Under the pieces are notes generated by a model. It did not search any database. It was given only the letters and a program-made list of their open reading frames with translations, and was not told the origin of the DNA. Below, in pieces: positions 19,586-27,877 of a DNA stretch of 64,000 nt; the stretch's first letter is position 1, and every line of letters begins with the position of its first letter. Where the stretch lies: positions 6,208,955 to 6,272,954 of the forward strand of contig OZ220744.1 in NCBI GenBank assembly GCA_965116925.1. The letters are read 5' to 3'. Origin of the DNA: Candidatus Poribacteria bacterium. GTDB lineage: Bacteria; Poribacteria; WGA-4E; PCPOR2b. The translations under genes were made by a program, and so were the position numbers.

Positions 19586-19693
19586 TATAGTAGATTTTAG
19601 AATTAATGAGACACTCCAAATCGGCGCAGTTGGAAACAGCGCCTACCAAACATGGGGAGCGAAAGTGTCCCTTTATTTTTAGAATTCACTATA
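19586..19693 (+). mobile_element. 108-bp MITE, copy C
   Basis: TATAGTAGATTTTAGAA...TTTTAGAATTCACTATA with an internal GGCGCAGTTGGAAACAGCGCCTAC. Confidence 0.85.
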
Positions 19694-20236
19694 AACAATT
19701 CGCCAAGTGCGGAGTTTACGATGCTCTTCCGGCGGTGCACCGTTTTGGAGCCAAACAAGCGGTTCCTCTTCTGCTGTACGTTCAGGATTCACCCAAACGA
19801 TGTCTCGGATTGCACCAACACGTTGAGCAGCTTGAGCGAAATACCCCCGGATAGTTTCATCAAGGGAAACAATGTTTTGATCCGTTGCCAGTGCTGCGTC
19901 GAGGAGATGAAGATCTTTTTGCATATCTTCGCTTTCTTCTAGGTTGGTCCCTGTCTGTTTGATTTTGTCGTGAAGTTCTTCATCTGCCAAAGCATTGACA
20001 CGATACACTTTTTTGCGTGCATCCATTGACACCCTCCACCGACGTGCAAATCCGGATCGATGTCTTTTCCATTCGTCCCTAATTTTCGGTGTCATTACAA
20101 CGCTATGACCGAGCGACAACACCTCCTGTAGAAAATCACGACAATTTTTGGCTCGTGGATGGGTTGCTGTCTCACTACCGGCGGCTTGGGCAACATCGGT
20201 ATCAATAACCAATCGTTTTGAATCTGCCTCCCTCAC
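19679..20236 (-). CDS. PIN-domain-like protein
   Basis: Acidic tetrad pattern VIDTDV / DEW / DLHLLDAAL / IVSLDE; ATGA overlap with the ATPase stop. Confidence 0.6.
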   Translation of the reverse strand: MREADSKRLVIDTDVAQAAGSETATHPRAKNCRDFLQEVLSLGHSVVMTPKIRDEWKRHRSGFARRWRVSMDARKKVYRVNALADEELHDKIKQTGTNLEESEDMQKDLHLLDAALATDQNIVSLDETIRGYFAQAAQRVGAIRDIVWVNPERTAEEEPLVWLQNGAPPEEHRKLRTWRIVYSEF

Positions 20237-21543
20237 GATGCCTCCGTCTTCCCAAATGCAATTCTGTCTACGGCGTTAAGATAACGGCTCTGCGCCTTCA
20301 GGTCAACATCGTCAAAGTCCTCGGGCCAATCCCCGTAAGCACCCACCTCGTCCAGATCAGCGGTGTCGATTTTGGTGGCACCATTTTCGCCGCGTGTGAA
20401 CCAGTGCAGCTTCACCAACGCCGGCGAGAGATCTCCTTCGGCAACAAGCGTTTGCACTGCCAGAAGCAGGAGCGAACTATGCGTTTCCGCAACTACACGG
20501 ACTCCCCGTTTCGCGGCATCTGCTAAGACTTGCGCCAACGCTACCTGTGCGCGTGGATGGAGGTGCATCTCCGGCTGTTCCAGATAGACCAACTGCCCCG
20601 GCTTTGCGACAATCAGGGCGACTAAAACGGGCAAAACTTGGGACACACCGAATCCCACATCGGCGATGCTGACCATATTGGTTTCACCAGCTTTGTCACG
20701 GGGGAGACGCCCGACCTGAAGTTCGATGCGGGTATCGTCAATTTTTTTTGTGCCAACCTGCCCTGTCAGTCCAAGTGCATGGAGGGTTTCGGCTAACGTT
20801 TCTAGACGTTTATCCCCCGTCTCTTGCCACTCGTGAATGATACTGGCAGCGTAATGTTCAAATGTGCCGGGATACCGTGGTCCGGTACTGGTCGGTTTGT
20901 AGGTACGTTCTGGGTTGCCGCGTAATCCGGGAAGGTGAATAATGTTGAAAATATGGGACTCAAGATTACTAGTAACGTTTAAGGACGTATGAGCATCTTG
21001 AGATTCAAAACGTAAAAAACATCGTGAACGTCTTACAGTCTCAGTCGTAGGACCCTTGGGAATCACATATTGCTCAACCAATGACTGGATGTCTTCAGGC
21101 GACATCTCAGGATACAGGGTGAAATGATTGGGCTGCCATAATGGAGCCTGCTCTGATTTGTTTTCTCTCGTCATTTCAACAAGCTCAATCCCGCTTTGTC
21201 TCTTTTTGAAAGTTACTGTTGTTAAAAAATAAGAATCAAATCCACGAGTCTCAATCCGAATCTGAAAACGATCTGTCCTCTCCTCGTTGACCAACTTGGA
21301 CAAAAATTGTTCTGCCAACGTAAACTGAACGTTAGGTCCCTCAATCAACAACGGTCCCGGATCGTACGGTGCTTCCAGCGTCTGTTTCAGCATCAATAGC
21401 GGTTGCATGATACTCGATTTCCCGGAGCTATTTGCACCAGCAAGGATTGTCAGCGGACGGATGTCGATTGCACACTCTTCCGCGAGCGACTTGAAACCGC
21501 TCACTGCTATCTTGGTGATGCCATCGACCGTTTCTTTTGACAT
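20233..21543 (-). CDS. ABC-type ATPase (AAA_15/AAA_21-like) with DUF3696-like C-terminus
   Basis: Walker A GANSSGKS, VGFGVSQ signature, Walker B LEQPEMHLHP, ETHS H-loop, C-terminal G.YGDWPEDF. Confidence 0.85.
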   Translation of the reverse strand: MSKETVDGITKIAVSGFKSLAEECAIDIRPLTILAGANSSGKSSIMQPLLMLKQTLEAPYDPGPLLIEGPNVQFTLAEQFLSKLVNEERTDRFQIRIETRGFDSYFLTTVTFKKRQSGIELVEMTRENKSEQAPLWQPNHFTLYPEMSPEDIQSLVEQYVIPKGPTTETVRRSRCFLRFESQDAHTSLNVTSNLESHIFNIIHLPGLRGNPERTYKPTSTGPRYPGTFEHYAASIIHEWQETGDKRLETLAETLHALGLTGQVGTKKIDDTRIELQVGRLPRDKAGETNMVSIADVGFGVSQVLPVLVALIVAKPGQLVYLEQPEMHLHPRAQVALAQVLADAAKRGVRVVAETHSSLLLLAVQTLVAEGDLSPALVKLHWFTRGENGATKIDTADLDEVGAYGDWPEDFDDVDLKAQSRYLNAVDRIAFGKTEAS

Positions 21544-21624
21544 GCGTGGGGTACTCCCTTAAACATTCATGCCTGCGGAGGTATCAATATTGTGGTGATT
21601 TCTGCTGGCAGATTCACATTAGTG

Positions 21625-22143
21625 TTATTGCTTTGGCATAGTCTGCGATGGTGTGGTCAACCTCTCCTTTGACCTTGTAAGCAATCGTCGAATTGATTCG
21701 GTAATGTCTTCTTTAGGGTGAGAAGCTGAGGCACGACCGGTATTATTAGGATCAAGTTGTATTACTTTGGTAAGGTCTTCAATAGCGCGATCATGCTCAC
21801 CTTTGTGGTAGCAAGCTATGCCACGACGAATATAGGCTTCAACATTATTTGGATCCGCTTCTATCACTGTATTAGTCAATTTTATCACAGTGTCATAGTC
21901 TTCAATTGCTAAGTCATACTCCTCCCGTGAACGATGAACGTCGCCGCTCAATAAATAGACTTGGGAAAGGAGTTCGTTGTTCCCCACTTGCGCTTCGGCG
22001 ATGCTTTGGAGTGCTAACAAAAATGCGACAGTATCACCGTCTTTTTGATATTCTTCTTGAGAGGTTTCGAGATAGGCGACCGCCTCCTCGTAATCAGCAA
22101 GTCTTCCGATTAGGTAATCGCGGTATTTTCTCATTTCTCTCAT
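21625..22143 (-). CDS. TPR protein with addiction-module-antidote-like N-terminus
   Basis: Two TPR motifs (AIEDYD..., AYIRRGIA..KGEHDRAIEDLTKVIQLDPNN). N-terminus YL..RLAD.EEAVAYL....D...FLLAL..IAEAQ. Confidence 0.65.
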   Translation of the reverse strand: MREMRKYRDYLIGRLADYEEAVAYLETSQEEYQKDGDTVAFLLALQSIAEAQVGNNELLSQVYLLSGDVHRSREEYDLAIEDYDTVIKLTNTVIEADPNNVEAYIRRGIACYHKGEHDRAIEDLTKVIQLDPNNTGRASASHPKEDITESIRRLLTRSKERLTTPSQTMPKQ

Positions 22144-22202
22144 TTTGCGGCCCCTTTGTATTCCGCCAGTAGGGTTTCGGCCGTCCAATTTCACTCACTT
22201 CC

Positions 22203-22307
22203 CTATCCCATCCGGTATTTGATGTCGTAGTTGATGATAAAGTCTAATTCATCAGCCGTGAAGTCGTGGTATTGGACGAGCACACGGTCTATCATGTCAA
22301 TAATGGA
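22203..22307 (-). pseudogene. 34-codon C-terminal remnant of a type IIG-like RM/methyltransferase gene
   Basis: SIIDMIDRVLVQYHDFTADELDFIINYDIKYRMG*, preceded by an in-frame TAA. Confidence 0.6.
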
Positions 22308-22334
22308 TTAAGAGAGTAGGGAAACTATTTCTTT

Positions 22335-22488
22335 TAGGAGTTGTGCACTTCGGTAGGGAACAACGATTGTTGTTCCCTACCGAATCCTTGATGGTGCCCC
22401 CGCTGTAGTTGCCCGATTCATCGGGGGTATCGGGGCAGGGCTGCCCCTCCCACGACAGGGTTTTGAGCGTTCAACCGCGTAAGTCCTA
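22335..22488. repeat. REP cluster bounded by imperfect inverted ends
   Basis: Contains GTAGGGAACAACGATTGTTGTTCCCTAC (22353-22380), CTGTAGTTGCCCGATTCATCGGG and GGGGCAGGGCTGCCCCTCCCAC; ends TAGGAGTTGTGC / GCGTAAGTCCTA. Confidence 0.6.
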
Positions 22489-22520
22489 AAGAAGTTACTC
22501 GGTGTCTTTTGTGCCATACA

Positions 22521-23348
22521 CTATTCCTTCAATACTTTTTCCATTTCGGCTATCAGTGCATCCACTTCAGCCGTGTTCACCCCGTCTGTTTTCTGTGGTA
22601 ACGTCGGCTGCTCGACTGAGCCCGTGTTACTGCCCTCCCTCACCCTGTGCCGCCATTCAAACCACTGTCGCATCTCTGGGGGAATGACCGTTTGTCGCCA
22701 CACACGCCGTGTGCCGACTGTGTCGTAACTACCTGAATGCTTGGTGGGGAGTCCTTCGTTGTACGCTATCTTGCTGTGGGCATAACAGTAGCGATATTCA
22801 CCTTCAACCACGGTGTCGCAATATTCGCACGGGTGCCAATTATCTCTCACGTCGCAAAATAGGCAATATCCTTTGTACGCGTGAACGTAATAGCCGTTGC
22901 AATGGTCACACTGTGTGCGCTGATACACAAGACGCCGGTGTTTCACCCGCAAATCCCAACCGGCAAAATCTGCGGTGCGGACAACCCATTCCTTGCCCTG
23001 CGTCCGTGTATGCAGAATCCGCTTGATTTCGGTCAACGTGGCAGTTTCTGGAATGCACACCTTCAACGCTGCTACATCTTGTTCTGCCTTGACCGATTCC
23101 ACTTCCAGATCGGTGGGGTTTATCAGTAAACGCAACGGGCTCGGCTCGCCTTGGGTGTGACCTTTGTTGATACCCGGTATCGGCTTACCCGTTCGCTTTG
23201 ACCGGCAGGACGGTTGCAGGGTCAGAACAAAATCGTCCACTGCCACCGTTTTGTACACTACGTGCGGTGTCCCCATGTTTGGCAGCTTTTGTGCCTTTCC
23301 GACGCTGCCTTTTAACACTTCCTCAATCATAGCGTCAATTGTGCTCAA
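22521..23348 (-). CDS. Hypothetical protein with multiple CxxC motifs
   Basis: TTG start with GGAGG RBS; CDHC, CLFC, CEYC and CYAH motifs. Confidence 0.6.
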   Translation of the reverse strand: MSTIDAMIEEVLKGSVGKAQKLPNMGTPHVVYKTVAVDDFVLTLQPSCRSKRTGKPIPGINKGHTQGEPSPLRLLINPTDLEVESVKAEQDVAALKVCIPETATLTEIKRILHTRTQGKEWVVRTADFAGWDLRVKHRRLVYQRTQCDHCNGYYVHAYKGYCLFCDVRDNWHPCEYCDTVVEGEYRYCYAHSKIAYNEGLPTKHSGSYDTVGTRRVWRQTVIPPEMRQWFEWRHRVREGSNTGSVEQPTLPQKTDGVNTAEVDALIAEMEKVLKE

Positions 23349-23379
23349 GTTGTGCCTCCAATGCTTTGATACAAAAAGA

Positions 23380-23404
23380 GGGCACCCACAAGGGGTGCCC
23401 CTAC
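23380..23404 (-). repeat. GTAG-type REP (GGGCACCCACAAGGGGTGCCCCTAC family)
   Basis: Same sequence at 27552-27576 and 27822-27846; variants at 36634-36658 and 50124-50148. Confidence 0.85.
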
Positions 23405-23464
23405 GCTATCTAGTTTCCTCTCACTTCCCCTTATCTAGTCCTTTTTATAGGGGACCTGATTGAA

Positions 23465-23704
23465 TTATGCAATAGGGGTGCCTCCAATCGGCTTAAAGCA
23501 GGCGCGAGACCGGTTGCAGTTCTCTGGCGAAACAAACCGATCATCTGGTCCAACCACTGTCATCGTGCAGTTGCACCAGTAGTTCGAGAACGGATTGGTC
23601 TCGACAAGGTTTTGCAGGTTCCCGCCGTGGGTGTAGAGTGCCTTGGTACATAGGTTTTGACATATCGGTTTATTTAAGAGGGACGATCCTTTTTCTAATT
23701 GCAT
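23465..23704 (-). CDS. Small Cys-rich protein, last gene of the molybdoenzyme operon
   Basis: AAGGAG RBS; C..LCTK..Y...YWC.CTM...GPDD..V.P..C...R.CF. Confidence 0.65.
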   Translation of the reverse strand: MQLEKGSSLLNKPICQNLCTKALYTHGGNLQNLVETNPFSNYWCNCTMTVVGPDDRFVSPENCNRSRACFKPIGGTPIA

Positions 23705-23740
23705 GTTCGTTCTCCTTTTCCAAAATTGATGCAGCTGTAT

Positions 23741-24715
23741 TTAAGCGAGGTCCATTGCGGTGCGGCTGACAACGTTCCGAGTCAATGGGACCTTATAGCC
23801 GTTGTCAGTCATCGGTTCTGCGTTCGCCACCGCTGCCTCGCCAGCCTGCTTTGCCACCGCGTCTGTGATGCGTTTGCCATTCAATGCCGCTTCGGCTTCC
23901 TTGGAACGCCAAGGGATAGGAGCGACGCCACCGAGGACAACATTCGCTTTGCTGCAGATTCCGCCATTCATCTCGAAGAAAGCGGCAACGCTCACCAACG
24001 CAAAATCGAAAGAGCCGCGTTCACGGACTTTGAGGTAAGTGCTCTTTGTGCCTGCCTTCGGTTGAGGGACGTGCACCTCTGTGACGACCTCGTTCGGTTC
24101 AAGGACGTTTTCACGTTGCGGGTTGACATCGGGCAGGACGAAGAAATCCTCTAGCGGCATTGTTCTCTCTCCGTTGGGTCCCACAATTTTTACTGTTGCG
24201 CCGAGGGCGATGAGTGCCGGTGCCGTATCAGAGGGGTGGACAATGTAGACGGGACCCCCACCAAAGATTGCGTGGTACTTGTTCAATCCATCGACCGCGT
24301 AGCAGGTATCACCGCCCTTTTTGAGGCAGATAATGTCGGGATGGCGATAGTACCAGCAGCGGGGACGCTGACACAGGTTTCCGCCAAGCGTACCAACATT
24401 CCGAATCTGTGGCGATGCGACAGATTCAGCAGCCTCTGCCAGAACGGTGTAATGGTGCTGAATAGTTGGGTGTGCAGCGATGTCGGTGAGTGTTACGAGC
24501 GCACCGATGGTCAAGCCAGACCCATCCGCCTTGATCTCATCCAGACCGGGGATAGATTTGAGGTTGACCACCTTCTTAGGCGTTTCGATGTATTCCTTCA
24601 GTTCGCCGAGGAGATCCGTTCCTCCCGCGATCATTTTTGTCTCGCTCCAGTCGTCGCTCAATAACGAAGAGGCTTGCTCGACATCTGCTGCGTTGACGTA
24701 GGCAAAATTTTCCAT
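23741..24715 (-). CDS. Xanthine dehydrogenase-family FAD subunit, PaoB/YagS-like with 4Fe-4S insert
   Basis: AGGTDL, QIRNVGTLGGNLCQRPRCWYYR..C.K.GG..C, HPSD; GAAGGAG RBS before ATG 24715. Confidence 0.9.
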   Translation of the reverse strand: MENFAYVNAADVEQASSLLSDDWSETKMIAGGTDLLGELKEYIETPKKVVNLKSIPGLDEIKADGSGLTIGALVTLTDIAAHPTIQHHYTVLAEAAESVASPQIRNVGTLGGNLCQRPRCWYYRHPDIICLKKGGDTCYAVDGLNKYHAIFGGGPVYIVHPSDTAPALIALGATVKIVGPNGERTMPLEDFFVLPDVNPQRENVLEPNEVVTEVHVPQPKAGTKSTYLKVRERGSFDFALVSVAAFFEMNGGICSKANVVLGGVAPIPWRSKEAEAALNGKRITDAVAKQAGEAAVANAEPMTDNGYKVPLTRNVVSRTAMDLA

Positions 24716-24738
24716 CTTTTCATCTCCTTCCTTTTCCA

Positions 24739-26859
24739 CTAACCGAGAGCGTTGAGGACTCTGTCCGGTGTAATCGGGATTTCCCGGATGCGGACACCGA
24801 TTGCGTTGTAGACAGCGTTTGCAATTGCGCCTGCTGTCGGGATTGTCGGCGGTTCACCGATTCCCGTTATTTTCCGGTCGGTATCGTATGCGATGGATAC
24901 AATCTCAGGGATCTCCATCGTGCCGGGGATTTTGTAATCCTCAAGGTTCGGGTTAATCATCACGCCGGTCTGGTCGTCCATGATGCGCTCCTCAAGCAAC
25001 GCATAGCCCAATCCCATGATGACCGCGCCATTGATCTGGCTCTCAGTCGTCAGACGGTTGACTACCAAACCACAGTCTTGGATGGCGACAATTTTGATGA
25101 CATTGACAATGCCAGTTTCCGTGTCAACTTCGACCTCGGCAAACTGGACGCCGGCGGTATCACCGACGCGGAGGTTTTCGTCCCATTCGCCACCTTCGGA
25201 GATGGTCTCCATGCCGAGATACCCCGTCGCCTCTTTCCACGGGAGGTGCATCCTTAGATCTGATTCGGTGTAAATCCTGCCACCGGCGGCGCGTAAATCT
25301 CCCGGCACTGCTTCTACCAGCGGTGCAATATGCTCAAAGAGCTTACGCTTGGCTGCCATCGCTGCGGTCTTTATCACCGGTGCGACAGAGCCGATTGTCT
25401 GGCTACCCCCACTTCCGCGAGAAGGTAGTCCCGGTTCTGTATCGCCAATTTTGACCGTGATGTCTTCGGGACGCAGCCCAAGTTCTTCCGCAACGATAAT
25501 GGCGATAACCGTCCGGATAGCTGTGCCGATATCTTGCGTGCCGGTGACCGCTTCGACAGCACCGCTTGCGTGGATGGTCACACGGGCTTCTGTTCCTGCA
25601 CTACCGCCGCCACCCCACAATCCGCAGCCCATACCAATACCGCGTTTCTTGACACCTGTACTGGATCCGGGGATTCTGTTGCGTCGGTGCCAGCCGATCT
25701 CCTGCGCGCCGAGCGTATACTCGCCTTGACGGATTCTGTTTCGTCTTGCGTCGCTATCGCTGTTTATCCTGCGGAACTCTAACGGATCCATATTCAGCTG
25801 TTCAGCGAGTTCGTCCATCAACGAATCCATGGCGAAGGCACCCTGTGGATGACCCGGTGCGCGCATGGCACGGGCACTGCCCGCGTTGATCGCGACAGCA
25901 GATTTTTCAGTCCGGTAATTCGGCACATGATAGACGTAGGGACCGGTGAAACCTGCCCCACTACCGATGCCGCCTGTGCCGTAGCCACTCATATCGTAAG
26001 CGATGAAGCGACCATCTTGTGTTGCACCGGCACGGACCTGCTGTGTCATTGACGGACGGTTGCCGGCAACGAGGTGCTCATCCTTACGCGTCAACATCAG
26101 CTTAACAGGTGCGCCCGCCTTTCGTGCTAGCTTCGCAGCGGTGATCCCTTCCACTCCGGGACCGAACTTACTGCCAAAGCCACCGCCCATGTGTTCGGTG
26201 ATGACACGTACCTGATTTTCGGGCAGCTCAAAATGCCGTGCGAGGTTTTGGCGTGTACCAAAGACCGCCTGCGTCGAAGCCCAAACGGTCAGGTTATCCC
26301 CTTCCCATTCGGCAACATGCCCATGTGTCTCCAGACAGACATGGGTTTGAACCGCCGCGTGGTAGGTTGTCTCAACCTCGACTGCGGCTTCAGCGAAACC
26401 CGCCTCAAGATCACCACGTTCGTCGACTCGTGGTTCACTTTGGTTGCCCATCCAGTCATCACGAATTTGGGGGGCACCTTCCGCTTTCGCCCCCTCAACA
26501 TCGACGACATAGTCCAATTCATCATAGTCATATTGAATCAATCGAGCCGCATCTTCCGCGATGTCAGGAGTGATAGCGGCGACCGCAGCAATCTCTTGCC
26601 CTTCAAAGCGCACCTTTTTCCCCGGTTCAATCAGCGGGAGGACAGCTTTGACACCGGGCAATGCCTCCGCTGCGCTGAGGTCAATGTCAGTGATGGTCGC
26701 ATGTGCAACCGGTGATCGCAGAATATGACCGTAAAGCATTCCGGGACGATTGATATCAAATGTATACTTTGCCTTTCCAGTAACTTTATCAGCACCTGAC
26801 AAACGCGCGATCCGTTTCCCAATCAAGCGCGAATCCCTTGCTTTTCCCCATGATGCCAT
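24739..26859 (-). CDS. Xanthine dehydrogenase-family molybdopterin subunit, PaoC/YagR-like
   Basis: GGGFGSK, MRAPGHPQG, QDIGT, GIGEPP with the catalytic Glu. Confidence 0.92.
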   Translation of the reverse strand: MASWGKARDSRLIGKRIARLSGADKVTGKAKYTFDINRPGMLYGHILRSPVAHATITDIDLSAAEALPGVKAVLPLIEPGKKVRFEGQEIAAVAAITPDIAEDAARLIQYDYDELDYVVDVEGAKAEGAPQIRDDWMGNQSEPRVDERGDLEAGFAEAAVEVETTYHAAVQTHVCLETHGHVAEWEGDNLTVWASTQAVFGTRQNLARHFELPENQVRVITEHMGGGFGSKFGPGVEGITAAKLARKAGAPVKLMLTRKDEHLVAGNRPSMTQQVRAGATQDGRFIAYDMSGYGTGGIGSGAGFTGPYVYHVPNYRTEKSAVAINAGSARAMRAPGHPQGAFAMDSLMDELAEQLNMDPLEFRRINSDSDARRNRIRQGEYTLGAQEIGWHRRNRIPGSSTGVKKRGIGMGCGLWGGGGSAGTEARVTIHASGAVEAVTGTQDIGTAIRTVIAIIVAEELGLRPEDITVKIGDTEPGLPSRGSGGSQTIGSVAPVIKTAAMAAKRKLFEHIAPLVEAVPGDLRAAGGRIYTESDLRMHLPWKEATGYLGMETISEGGEWDENLRVGDTAGVQFAEVEVDTETGIVNVIKIVAIQDCGLVVNRLTTESQINGAVIMGLGYALLEERIMDDQTGVMINPNLEDYKIPGTMEIPEIVSIAYDTDRKITGIGEPPTIPTAGAIANAVYNAIGVRIREIPITPDRVLNALG

Positions 26860-26862
26860 TTT

Positions 26863-27507
26863 CTAGCCTCCCATCTTACTCGAAGCCGTTTTGACCGCCT
26901 CAAAGATAAAGGGATAAGTCCCACAGCGGCAGATGTTACCCGCCAACCCTTCCTTAATCTCTTCATGGCTTGGGCTCGGATTCTGATCTAAAAACGATTT
27001 CGCAGCTACGACAAAACCGGGTGTGCAGAAACCGCACATCAAGGCGTCGTGCTGGACAAATGCCTCTTGGACTGGATGTAATTGGTCGCCGTTGGCAAGT
27101 CCTTCGACGGTGGTGATCTGCTTCCCTTGTGCGTCAAGAGCTAGCATCATACAAGCGTAAACTGCCTTTCCGTCAACCTGCACTGTGCAGCCACCGCACT
27201 CGCCACGTTCGCAGATGGACTTTGCACCGGTCAAATCCACGCGGTTTCCACTGGTATCGAAACTGTCTCGCAAAACGCTCAACAATGTCGTGCGTGGTTC
27301 TACCTCAACTTCATAGGTCTTGGCGTTGATATTGAGTTTGATTTTAGCGCGGGTAATCTCTTCACCCATCTGAGCTTCCGCCGCTGTCTCCGCACTGATG
27401 AGAACAGTCGGTGCAACGCTTGCGGCGACCGCGCCCGTGCCCACGCCTTTCAGGAAACTCCGCCGCGATATGGTCGTTTCCTGAGTTTGCTCTTTCTCTT
27501 TTGACAT
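26863..27507 (-). CDS. 2Fe-2S subunit with Tat signal, PaoA/YagT-like
   Basis: SRRSFLK twin-arginine motif; CERGECGGC, CGFCTPG and CRC ligands. Confidence 0.92.
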   Translation of the reverse strand: MSKEKEQTQETTISRRSFLKGVGTGAVAASVAPTVLISAETAAEAQMGEEITRAKIKLNINAKTYEVEVEPRTTLLSVLRDSFDTSGNRVDLTGAKSICERGECGGCTVQVDGKAVYACMMLALDAQGKQITTVEGLANGDQLHPVQEAFVQHDALMCGFCTPGFVVAAKSFLDQNPSPSHEEIKEGLAGNICRCGTYPFIFEAVKTASSKMGG

Positions 27508-27551
27508 GTCGTCCTCCTATCTTAAGCGATCAAGAGTCAAAAAAGTTTCGA

Positions 27552-27576
27552 GGGCACCCACAAGGGGTGCCCCTAT
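27552..27576 (-). repeat. GTAG-type REP
   Basis: GGGCACCCACAAGGGGTGCCCCTAT, directly followed by a degenerate MITE-like left end (TATAAAAATAGATTAATGAGGCACTCC). Confidence 0.75.
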
Positions 27577-27648
27577 AAAAATAGATTAATGAGGCACTCC
27601 AGAATTTTTCCGTTGTAACCACTCAATGATGTTGAAAATCCTGAACAC

Positions 27649-27677
27649 AATCTATCATATTTCGGGGGTTCCGTCAA
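27649..27677 (-). promoter_or_regulatory. sigma70-type promoter for the molybdoenzyme operon
   Basis: Minus strand TTGACG-17-TAGATT with TG extension. Confidence 0.5.
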
Positions 27678-27763
27678 GCGAAAATACTATTTCAGGCTTT
27701 GCCCCCAATGCTGCGATTGATAATGTTCAGTTGTGTGCTTTTTGTTGAGGGTTTTCTTTTCAC

Positions 27764-27792
27764 TTGACGCCAAAACTTGGGTATGATAAACT
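27764..27792 (+). promoter_or_regulatory. sigma70-type promoter for the DUF1326-like gene
   Basis: TTGACG-17-TAAACT with TG extension. Confidence 0.55.
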
Positions 27793-27821
27793 GCCTTGAA
27801 ACTTGCACATACATGGGAGAA

Positions 27822-27846
27822 GGGCACCCACAAGGGGTGCCCCTAC
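27822..27846 (-). repeat. GTAG-type REP
   Basis: Identical to 23380-23404. Confidence 0.8.
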
Positions 27847-27877
27847 TTTCGTTAGATCTTTAGAAGGGAGTCCAGAG

